Source: Oscillospiraceae bacterium (GTDB lineage: Bacteria; Bacillota; Clostridia; Oscillospirales; Ruminococcaceae). Taken from it: a DNA stretch of 55,342 bases. The DNA is taken from positions 1 through 55,342 of the forward strand of contig JAQUTM010000001.1 of NCBI GenBank assembly GCA_028694405.1, written 5' to 3'. The position numbers and the translations under genes were made by a program. This document shows positions 48,311 to 55,342 of the stretch, in pieces; the first letter of the stretch is position 1, and each line of letters opens with the position of its first letter. The notes beneath the pieces are model-generated. The model did no database searches. It was not told where the DNA came from and saw only the letters and a list, made by a program, of their open reading frames with translations.

Positions 48311-49264
48311 TTACGTCCTCTTGTGTAATTTGCGTGCCAAGGCTTTAAAGGGATAGCTTATGGTGCGCCCGCTTAAATAGGCAATAAGTGTCCCTTTTTC
48401 TTTATAAGGCTTATACAGCTGTGCAAAGGTTTGCTTTGCAGCACTGTCGCCTTTTAGCACTTGGCCAAAAACGGCACCCAACAATTCTTTTTTAGCAGGG
48501 ATTAGTGCCTTTTTTACGCCAAATGTTGTTTCGGCATAGCTTTCCAACGTCTGAAAATATTCTACCAAATTATAATTGAGATTTTTTATGCGTCCAAAGC
48601 TGGAGGCAGAGCCGTAACGATAAGCGCTCATTACTTCTTTTAGGCAATAAATATCTCCCTGCATAACCAATAGCATAATAAGGGTACGGTCAGAAACATA
48701 ACGATGTGCGCTTTGCATAACAGAGTAGTCGTAAGCAGGCTGCAAAAAGATATTTCGGTACACCAGTGTGGCAGTTTGACCCGGAAAAATACCGGTAGCA
48801 AACTCTTTTTTGGTGTATACAGTGCCACTGTAAAAGCTAAAGTTAACAGGTTTATCTACATCTGCATTTTCATTGTCCACAAGCTTACAAGCGTGTACAC
48901 AGGCAATATATTGGTTGTTTTGCTCTAAAAAATCCACTTGCTTTTGTAGTTTACAGGTGTCCAGCCAAAAGTCATCGCCCTCTAAACAGGCAATATACTT
49001 GCCGCGGCAGCGCTTTTTTAAATCATAGTAGTTAGCGGTAGCACCCATGTTTTTTTCGCGGTAAAACATACGAAAAACAGCGGGGTGTTTTTCCTCATAT
49101 TCTTTTAAAACAGCGCGTGTGCCGTCTGGGCTGCAATCTTCTCCCACCAAAATTTCAAAGGAAAAGTTTGTGTGCTGCATTAAAATACTGTCTAAGGCTT
49201 TGCGTATAAAACGTTCATGGTTATAAGTAATTACCACTACGCTTAGTAAAATGTCGTCTGGCAT
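48311..49264 (-). CDS. family-2 glycosyltransferase
   Basis: LSVVVITYNHERFIRKALDSILMQ...ILVGEDCSPDGT and the DxD-like LEGDDFW. Confidence 0.85.
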   Translation of the reverse strand: MPDDILLSVVVITYNHERFIRKALDSILMQHTNFSFEILVGEDCSPDGTRAVLKEYEEKHPAVFRMFYREKNMGATANYYDLKKRCRGKYIACLEGDDFWLDTCKLQKQVDFLEQNNQYIACVHACKLVDNENADVDKPVNFSFYSGTVYTKKEFATGIFPGQTATLVYRNIFLQPAYDYSVMQSAHRYVSDRTLIMLLVMQGDIYCLKEVMSAYRYGSASSFGRIKNLNYNLVEYFQTLESYAETTFGVKKALIPAKKELLGAVFGQVLKGDSAAKQTFAQLYKPYKEKGTLIAYLSGRTISYPFKALARKLHKRT

Positions 49265-49288
49265 AGCATTCCTCTTATATTATTAATC

Positions 49289-50521
49289 TTACAGGCTTTT
49301 TAACATTTGGGCAAAGTTATCATAGTTTTTAGCAGCTACAAAACCCTTTTGCCAAGTTGCATAGGCTGCATTGCGCTTTTTGGTTGCAGGCAGTTGATGC
49401 AAGCTGCACAAAGCTTGGGCAATTTGCTGTGGGGTAGGGTCAGAACCCAGTAAAATGCCGTTATCCTCGTTTACAATTTCTCGCGTACCGCCAACGTCTG
49501 TGGCAATAACAGGCAGCCCAAAGCTCATGGCCTCCATGATAGAAACAGGAAGCCCTTCACTGGAGGAGACATTTAAAAATACGTCATAGGGGTGCTGTGT
49601 CATGGTACTGCGCACTTCACTGCCAGGCATTGCCCCTAAAAAGGTGTAGGAGATATTGGGCTTATCTGCCAGTAACGTTGCGGCCTCTTTGCGAGTTTCG
49701 TCTCCCAGAGGACCGTCTCCGATATGATGCCACACCACAGGAATGTCGCCAATAAGTGCCAGTGCCTGTGCAATCAGCGTCACCCGTTTAACCGGTACCA
49801 TATGGCTTACACTGATAATACGCAAGCTGTCACTTGGCACTGGGGGATTGGTGATGTTGTTATCTACGCCTAAATAACAAACCAAATGCTTTTGCAGATT
49901 ATAAGGTACAAAGGTGTCGTTGTAGTAATCGCGGCCCTGCTTTGATATAAATACAACTCTGTCCAGCAAAGCGTCCATTTGCGCCTTATAGGGCTGGTAG
50001 GGGATAAGCGGTGTTTGATACAAATCGTAACGGTGGGTGCGTGTTACAAACCGCAGGTTTGGATATTTTTTTTTGTGGCTTAGTACAGATAAAATATTGT
50101 AATTGTACCAGTAGCTATAGCACACGCCTTGTGTCTGTTTGGTAAGCGGCAGATTTTTTTTCAAAAAGCGGTACAGCTTTTGTCCGCTGAAAAAATACAT
50201 AAGCGCATACCAAACATTTTTGCAAGAAAAAGTATTGTGTTTTTTTAGCCAGCCCAGTTCTTTCCACACCATAGGCGTAAACGGCGCACAAATAAGACCT
50301 TTTAGCTTGTCGCCAAGGTTTAGTACGGTGTTGGCGCGCAGTACGCGTATAGAGTCGGGTAGCGGGGTGGTTTGTTCATCTGTAATATTTTTGCTTATAA
50401 TGGTAATGTCAAAATGCTGTTGTAAATAGGGCAGTTCGGCACATAAAAAGGTTGCTTCGCCTTTTCCAAAGGGAAAGCTGTCTGTAAGCAAAAACAGTTT
50501 TTTCAAAGTATGGCTCCTCAC
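49289..50521 (-). CDS. family-4 (GT-B) glycosyltransferase
   Basis: C-terminal EX7E region SSSEGLPVSIMEAMSFGLPVIATDVGGTREIV. Confidence 0.85.
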   Translation of the reverse strand: MRSHTLKKLFLLTDSFPFGKGEATFLCAELPYLQQHFDITIISKNITDEQTTPLPDSIRVLRANTVLNLGDKLKGLICAPFTPMVWKELGWLKKHNTFSCKNVWYALMYFFSGQKLYRFLKKNLPLTKQTQGVCYSYWYNYNILSVLSHKKKYPNLRFVTRTHRYDLYQTPLIPYQPYKAQMDALLDRVVFISKQGRDYYNDTFVPYNLQKHLVCYLGVDNNITNPPVPSDSLRIISVSHMVPVKRVTLIAQALALIGDIPVVWHHIGDGPLGDETRKEAATLLADKPNISYTFLGAMPGSEVRSTMTQHPYDVFLNVSSSEGLPVSIMEAMSFGLPVIATDVGGTREIVNEDNGILLGSDPTPQQIAQALCSLHQLPATKKRNAAYATWQKGFVAAKNYDNFAQMLKSL

Positions 50522-50542
50522 TTATCTGTTTGGCACAGCTGA

Positions 50543-51631
50543 TTATTTTCTGCTGTTAAACGTGTCGGCTTTAAAATCCATAGTAGAAGTATTATCTAAA
50601 GGCAGGTGTACGGTTTTCCCCTCACTGGCAGCCTTGTATACCGCAAGCACCAATTCTAGTGCGCGGCGTCCCGCATAGGCGTCTACATAGGGCTGGCGGT
50701 CTGTTTCAATGGCATTTATAACGTCGGCATACAGCGGGGTATGGCCAAAGCCGTAAACTGTGGGCGGGTTTTCGTGATAAGTTTGTTTTACGGTTTCCGG
50801 GTCGTCCAAACCGTCTGCAAAACGCCATTCTTCAATTACATTTACGCTTTTACCGCCTGCTTTAACGGTGCCTTTTTCGCCAAATAAATATAAGGTTTCT
50901 TCTAAGTTTTGTGGGTAAATATTGGTTGTGCCCTCAATAATACCATAAGCGCCGTTTTGAAAACGGACAAGAGCAATGCCTAAGTCCTCGGCGTCAATAT
51001 ACTCGTGGTTTAAGTTATCGGTAAAGGCAACTACTTCGCTTACTTCATCGCCCATCATCCAGCGCAGCAAATCAATATTATGAATACACTGGTTCATCAA
51101 AGCACCGCCGTCCTGTTCATAGGTGCCGCGCCAAGGGGCTTGCTTGTAGTAGTCTACGCCGCGATTCCACCTGATGTGGGCTGTACCGTGAAACAAACGT
51201 CCAAATCGACCGGCCTCCATGGCCTCTCGAATTTTTTGTATAGATTTGTTAAACCGGTTTTGGTGACAGGCACATACTTTTACGTTATATTCTTTCGCGG
51301 CGGCAATAATAGCGTCTGCGTCTGCAAGGCTAAGGGCAATGGGTTTTTCAATAATGACGTTGCAGCCTGCTTTAATACAGTCCAGCGCAATGGAGGCGTG
51401 TTTGCCGTTTTCGGTACAAATGGCTACCAGAGTTGGTTTTTGCTCTGCCAGCAAAGTTTTATAATCGGTGTAAGTGCAAACCCCCGCGTCTTTTAACGCA
51501 AACATGTCCAGTTTTTCGTCCATACGCTCGGGTACAACATCACAAATTGCAGTTAGCTGTAATTTGTTTGCCTTTGCGGCGGCAAAGTGGTTGGGACTAA
51601 TGCGGCCACAGCCAATAATAGCATATTTCAT
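50543..51631 (-). CDS. Gfo/Idh/MocA oxidoreductase, WbpB-like (UDP-2-acetamido-2-deoxy-glucuronate 3-dehydrogenase type)
   Basis: MKYAIIGCGRIS Rossmann N-terminus, EKP motif, HQNRFN, 362 aa, in a glycan locus with a UDP-HexNAc dehydrogenase. Confidence 0.75.
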   Translation of the reverse strand: MKYAIIGCGRISPNHFAAAKANKLQLTAICDVVPERMDEKLDMFALKDAGVCTYTDYKTLLAEQKPTLVAICTENGKHASIALDCIKAGCNVIIEKPIALSLADADAIIAAAKEYNVKVCACHQNRFNKSIQKIREAMEAGRFGRLFHGTAHIRWNRGVDYYKQAPWRGTYEQDGGALMNQCIHNIDLLRWMMGDEVSEVVAFTDNLNHEYIDAEDLGIALVRFQNGAYGIIEGTTNIYPQNLEETLYLFGEKGTVKAGGKSVNVIEEWRFADGLDDPETVKQTYHENPPTVYGFGHTPLYADVINAIETDRQPYVDAYAGRRALELVLAVYKAASEGKTVHLPLDNTSTMDFKADTFNSRK

Positions 51632-51805
51632 AAATAAAAAGTCCTCTCTGTCTTAACCCAATTAAAGTAATAGTTTTGCAGCAGCCATTTGCTTTGATAT
51701 GGCACCTAACGCCATGTGAACGGTTGCTTATTTACCCAAAAATATACCTATATAGTATACCACAAAACGTATGTTACGTCATTATTTTGCACCATAAACC
51801 CAGTA

Positions 51806-51850
51806 AAAAACCGCCTTGCCTACATCAATATGGCAAAGCGGTTTTTATTT
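51806..51850 (-). terminator. rho-independent terminator splitting the glycan locus
   Basis: Minus strand AAAAACCGCTTTGCC - 11 nt - GGCAAGGCGGTTTTTT (one mismatch). Lies 34 nt after the dehydrogenase stop. Confidence 0.7.
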
Positions 51851-51883
51851 TTTATAAATAGAGCAGTTACTGGCTATAAGCCA

Positions 51884-53203
51884 CTATAAAAGTTCAATTT
51901 TAGAGCGATTTTGCACATTTTTCATAGCATTTTTTGTATCAAAAACAGCTACGGCGTTTTCGGCTACCATGTCATAATCTACAGTGGTGTGTGCAGTGGT
52001 TACCACTACCAAATCGTATGCTGCAATAATTTGGGGAGAAATTGCCTCTATGCCTTTATGCGTTGTGCCTTTGTACTTGTAAGTGGGAACATAGGGGTCA
52101 AAAAAGGTGATAGCAGCACCTGTTTTTTCAAATTCTTCCATTACACGCAAAGCCGGGCTTTCGCGGTAGTCATCAATATCTTGTTTGTAGGCAACGCCCA
52201 AAAGCAAAATTTTGCTGCCGTTTAACGCCTTTTTAAAGCGGTTTAAAATTTCGCCGCTGCGGCTTACGCAATACTCGGGCATACGGTCATTAATCATACC
52301 GCTCGCCTCAATCATACTGGTGTGAAAGCCGTATTCCCGTGCTTTCCAGCTTAAATAATAGGGGTCCAAAGGAATACAGTGGCCGCCCAAACCCGGACCG
52401 GGGTAAAACGCCTGAAAGCCGTAAGGCTTTGTTTTGGCGGCATCAATAACCTCCCACACATTGATACCCATTTTGTTGCACAACATGGCAAGCTCATTTA
52501 CCAGACCGATATTGATGTTGCGGTAGGTGTTTTCTAAGATTTTTTCCATTTCCGCAACAGCAGGGCTGCTTACTTCTTTTACGTCTCCGTCTAAAACGGC
52601 ACGGTACATTTGTGCAATTACATGAACAGCGTCCTCGCCGATGGCACCTACTACCTTAGGTGTGTTTTTTGTTTTGTAAATTAAGTTGCCCGGGTCTACA
52701 CGCTCGGGGCTAAAGCCCAAGTAAAAATCGGTGCCGCATTTTAGGCCGCTGCCCTCTTCAAGCAAGGGCTTAATCAACTCCTCCGTGGTGCCGGGGTAGG
52801 TGGTACTCTCCAGTACAACCATGGTGCCTGCTTTTAAGTGCTTGCTAACAGCAATGGTAGAGTTACGCACTGCGCTGATATCCGGCTGCTGGTGCTCATC
52901 TAGCGGGGTAGGCACACAAATAGCAATAAAATCTACATCTTTTATAAAGCTAAAATCTTTGGTGGCGCGCAGCTTGCCGCTTTTTACAATGGCTGCCAAA
53001 TCCTCGTTTACAACATCGCCAATGTAGTTGTGGCCTGCGTTTACCATATCCACCTTTTCGTCCTGCACGTCAAATCCAATGGTGGTAAAGCCGGCTTTTG
53101 CTTTTTCTACCGCAAGGGGCAGGCCAACATAACCTAGGCCAACCACACCTACAACAATGCTGCGTTCTTCAATTTTTTTCAGTAGTGTCTCACGCATATT
53201 CAT
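51884..53203 (-). CDS. nucleotide-sugar (UDP-N-acetylhexosamine) 6-dehydrogenase, WbpA/WecC/TviB-like
   Basis: VGVVGLGYVGLPLA Rossmann N-terminus, catalytic region GPGLGGHCIPLDP, and a UDPG_MGDP_dh C-terminal domain. GGAG SD before ATGAATATG at 53203. Confidence 0.88.
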   Translation of the reverse strand: MNMRETLLKKIEERSIVVGVVGLGYVGLPLAVEKAKAGFTTIGFDVQDEKVDMVNAGHNYIGDVVNEDLAAIVKSGKLRATKDFSFIKDVDFIAICVPTPLDEHQQPDISAVRNSTIAVSKHLKAGTMVVLESTTYPGTTEELIKPLLEEGSGLKCGTDFYLGFSPERVDPGNLIYKTKNTPKVVGAIGEDAVHVIAQMYRAVLDGDVKEVSSPAVAEMEKILENTYRNINIGLVNELAMLCNKMGINVWEVIDAAKTKPYGFQAFYPGPGLGGHCIPLDPYYLSWKAREYGFHTSMIEASGMINDRMPEYCVSRSGEILNRFKKALNGSKILLLGVAYKQDIDDYRESPALRVMEEFEKTGAAITFFDPYVPTYKYKGTTHKGIEAISPQIIAAYDLVVVTTAHTTVDYDMVAENAVAVFDTKNAMKNVQNRSKIELL

Positions 53204-53297
53204 AAGTAAACTCCAATCTGCCAAAAGCAGCTTTGCTGTGTAAGCTGCTGCCTTTTGCACCCTGTATTTTAATAAAATAAAACTTTAAATTACGGTG

Positions 53298-53690
53298 TTA
53301 CCCCTCAAATAATTCAATCAAACCGATGTGACGGTTAAAGAAAAATGCAACGCGAACGGGTCTGTCCGTTTGGCCGCCGGGGGCAATGGGTTGGGTTGGC
53401 ACAAAGCCCTGTTTGCGTAAAAGGGCGGCATCTGCCTCAATATCTGTAGTTTTGTAGCAGATATGGTAGGGACTGTTGCCTATTTTTTTTAGCATAGGCG
53501 CCATGGGACTTTGGGCGCCTGTGGGAGAAACCAGCTCTACGATATACCCACCGTTTGCCAAAAAACAAACGTCTATGCCACGGGTATTATCCGTAATGGT
53601 GTCCTCGTGAATATGATACCCCAACTGTAAAAATTTTTCAATCGCGGCAGATATATCTTTTACCAGATAGCCGATATGATGTATTTCCAT
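53298..53690 (-). CDS. VOC-family protein (glyoxalase / methylmalonyl-CoA-epimerase-like)
   Basis: 130 aa from MEIHHIGYLVKDI (metal-ligand His), ..IVELVSP.., ..YHICY.., LIELFE. GGAGA SD upstream. Confidence 0.65.
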   Translation of the reverse strand: MEIHHIGYLVKDISAAIEKFLQLGYHIHEDTITDNTRGIDVCFLANGGYIVELVSPTGAQSPMAPMLKKIGNSPYHICYKTTDIEADAALLRKQGFVPTQPIAPGGQTDRPVRVAFFFNRHIGLIELFEG

Positions 53691-53725
53691 AAATTCTCCT
53701 AAAAGTGGGTATGAGTTTACTAAAA

Positions 53726-54631
53726 TTAACGCAGACATTTGCGTGCCGGGTTACCAAACACGCTGGTTTCGGCGTCAACGTCCTTTAAAACAACAGAGCC
53801 AATGCTTACATAGCCTTTTTCGCCCACCTGTATGCGGTTGGAAAGGCATGCCTTGGGCCCGATATAAGCGTTTGGCGCAATGTGACAGTGACCGCCCAAA
53901 TTGGCAAAGCCGCCAATCAAGGTGCCTGCACCAACGTTACAATTATGCCCTACCATGCCGTACATACCCACCATACTGTTTTTTTCAATTACAGTGGTAC
54001 AGGTACTGCCAGCGGCTACCATGGCGCCCGCCAAAAGCAGACAGCCGTCTTCAATTTTAACGCCGCCACAATGGGGCACTGTTTTACAGCTGCCGTTTGC
54101 AGGGCGGTAAACATCTGCGTCGTCAATGCCAATCAGGCAGTTTTCGCCAAGTGTTACATTATCACCAATTATAACGTTGTCTTTAATTTTCGTGCCTGTG
54201 CCAATGCGACAGTTTGCGCCGATATGCACATTTGCACCAATGTAACAAAAGGGCTCAATTACAGTGCCTGTGCCTATTATTGCGTCGGCGCTGATAAATC
54301 GGCCGTCCTTTGGCGTAATTTGGGCTTTGGGCGTTTGAGCCGCTATGTGCAGCAAGGCATTGGCATAGCACTCCTTGGGAGACGCACAGTAAACCACATA
54401 GCTGTTATTTAAAGCACCTTCATCAAAGCCGCTGTTTTCTTTAGCAAAAAAAATACAGTTTTTTACTCCGGCAATTAACGCGCTTGTAATTTCGGTTTTT
54501 ACAAATATCAGGCTGTCATTTTCAGGTGCTTGTGCGTCAGAAACGCCAAATACTTGAAATTGCAGGTTGGTAGGGGTGTACCCCAAAGCCATCAAAAGCG
54601 TAGCAGCAGAATAGTCAAAAACAGGTATCAT
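53726..54631 (-). CDS. left-handed beta-helix (hexapeptide-repeat) acyltransferase, LpxD-like architecture
   Basis: An N-terminal alpha/beta domain of about 110 aa, then tandem hexapeptide repeats (IGTGTVIEPFCYIGANVHIGANCRIGTGTKIKDNVIIGDNVTLGENCLIG...). Confidence 0.7.
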   Translation of the reverse strand: MIPVFDYSAATLLMALGYTPTNLQFQVFGVSDAQAPENDSLIFVKTEITSALIAGVKNCIFFAKENSGFDEGALNNSYVVYCASPKECYANALLHIAAQTPKAQITPKDGRFISADAIIGTGTVIEPFCYIGANVHIGANCRIGTGTKIKDNVIIGDNVTLGENCLIGIDDADVYRPANGSCKTVPHCGGVKIEDGCLLLAGAMVAAGSTCTTVIEKNSMVGMYGMVGHNCNVGAGTLIGGFANLGGHCHIAPNAYIGPKACLSNRIQVGEKGYVSIGSVVLKDVDAETSVFGNPARKCLR

Positions 54632-54645
54632 GGTATAAATCCTCT

Positions 54646-55342
54646 CTAGGCTGTATATACAATGCGCGACATGGTTTCAATCAAGTCGTAACCGTCCCAT
54701 GTAAGGGTAAAATCAGCCGTTTTGCCAACAGGTACAATGCGGTCTACGCCGCAAAGACCCTGCTGTGTGCAAAAGCTTTTCAGCTCCTGTGGGTCCAGCC
54801 CAATATAACTTAAGGTTTGGTATTTGCGGGTTACAATACAGGCAAAAGCTGTTAAATCTGTACAGTCATACTCTAAAAAGCTGCCGCCTGCACAGCGGTA
54901 TTGGGGAACATCTTCCGTTAAGGCGGAAAGCTGAATACGGCTGATAAGATTATCCTGATGTGGCGGTACCGTAACTTGCTCAAGCCCGATTGCGCAGCGA
55001 CATTCGGTCATTAGCTTATCCATTGCCACAACAGGCTCTACTTGATAGCGCGGTGCTGTATAGCTGTGCAGCGCCTGCCAAAAACGTGCTTTTGCAGCGC
55101 TGATGTCAGTGCTGTTGCCCACCCAGCAGATAAGCCGTGGCGTGCTGCAGGCATTTTGGTCATACAAATAAGTGTCATTATAAAAATTCTGTGCCGTTTT
55201 GGCAGCGTCGTAATGGGCAAGATAGTTTTTTGCGTCAATGGCACAAGCCGAGTAACGGTCTGCAAAGGTGATGTCAAAGCTGCGTGGGGGAATTGGGTGG
55301 CTGCGTATTTGGGCAATGGTATCGTCACCGCCCCAAATAACA
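54646..55342 (-). CDS. LuxC-like acyl-CoA (acyl-thioester) reductase, 5'-truncated by the window edge
   Basis: The frame is open from the window end (VIWGGDDTIAQIRSHPIPPRSFDITFADRYS...) through YDQNACSTPRLICWV (putative catalytic Cys) to the stop at 54646. The ORF-track start at 55167 is only an internal TTG. Confidence 0.55.
   Translation of the reverse strand, partial: VIWGGDDTIAQIRSHPIPPRSFDITFADRYSACAIDAKNYLAHYDAAKTAQNFYNDTYLYDQNACSTPRLICWVGNSTDISAAKARFWQALHSYTAPRYQVEPVVAMDKLMTECRCAIGLEQVTVPPHQDNLISRIQLSALTEDVPQYRCAGGSFLEYDCTDLTAFACIVTRKYQTLSYIGLDPQELKSFCTQQGLCGVDRIVPVGKTADFTLTWDGYDLIETMSRIVYTA

Noticed and set aside
51676-51861. 61-aa ORF in the gap inside the glycan locus
   Set aside because: It lies on the opposite strand to the locus, crosses the terminator hairpin, and has no SD. 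The gap is better explained as terminator plus promoter plus leader.
55038-55328. 96-aa minus-strand ORF overlapping the 5' part of the LuxC-like gene
   Set aside because: It is in a different frame from the open LuxC-like frame, which continues to the window edge. Its product is low-complexity, so the LuxC-like frame is preferred.
1-55342. Search for CRISPR arrays, tRNA/rRNA genes, IS elements, integrases, toxin-antitoxin or known defence genes
   Set aside because: I saw no regularly spaced direct repeats, no cloverleaf-like or rRNA-like segments, and no transposase, recombinase, nuclease-helicase or defence-type ORFs. All long ORFs are accounted for by metabolic, regulatory or glycan-synthesis functions.

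Overview
This is a chromosomal segment from a Firmicute, probably Clostridia-like. The cues are GGAGG-type Shine-Dalgarno sites, a T-box leader, a single-chain PurL of about 1236 aa, and many rho-independent terminators. Most of the window is core anabolism. In order it holds: aroC, a YitT-like membrane protein and tyrA; a complete arginine operon argG-H-C-J-B-D-F ending in a degenerate cytidine-deaminase-fold ORF; mtnN and ychF (minus); an OmpR-type response regulator, histidine kinase and HtrA protease module; rpe followed by four translationally coupled ORFs (an orphan RnfD/RnfE/RnfA-like membrane trio plus a membrane-anchored DUF4015/GHL-like protein); leuA-C-D-B (minus) behind a Leu (CUC) T-box; purE-C-F-M-N-D-L-B behind an unclassified leader that contains a terminator; an XpaC-like membrane protein; a hexuronate module (LacI-family regulator and uxaC divergent from uxaB-uxaA) with paired TGTAAG/CTTACA operators; and the start of a minus-strand surface-glycan locus (partial LuxC-like reductase, LpxD-like acyltransferase, VOC protein, UDP-HexNAc dehydrogenase, then a terminator, then a WbpB-like oxidoreductase, GT4, GT2 and an ATP-grasp-HAD fusion). 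I saw no rRNA, tRNA, CRISPR array, transposase, integrase or phage genes. The best candidates for something undescribed are: (1) the cofactor-ligand-depleted Rnf/Nqr-like D-E-A trio coupled to DUF4015; (2) the acyl-thioester-handling genes and the ATP-grasp-HAD fusion in the glycan locus; (3) the unclassified pur leader. All family assignments come from reading the translated ORFs against remembered family motifs. No database search was run.
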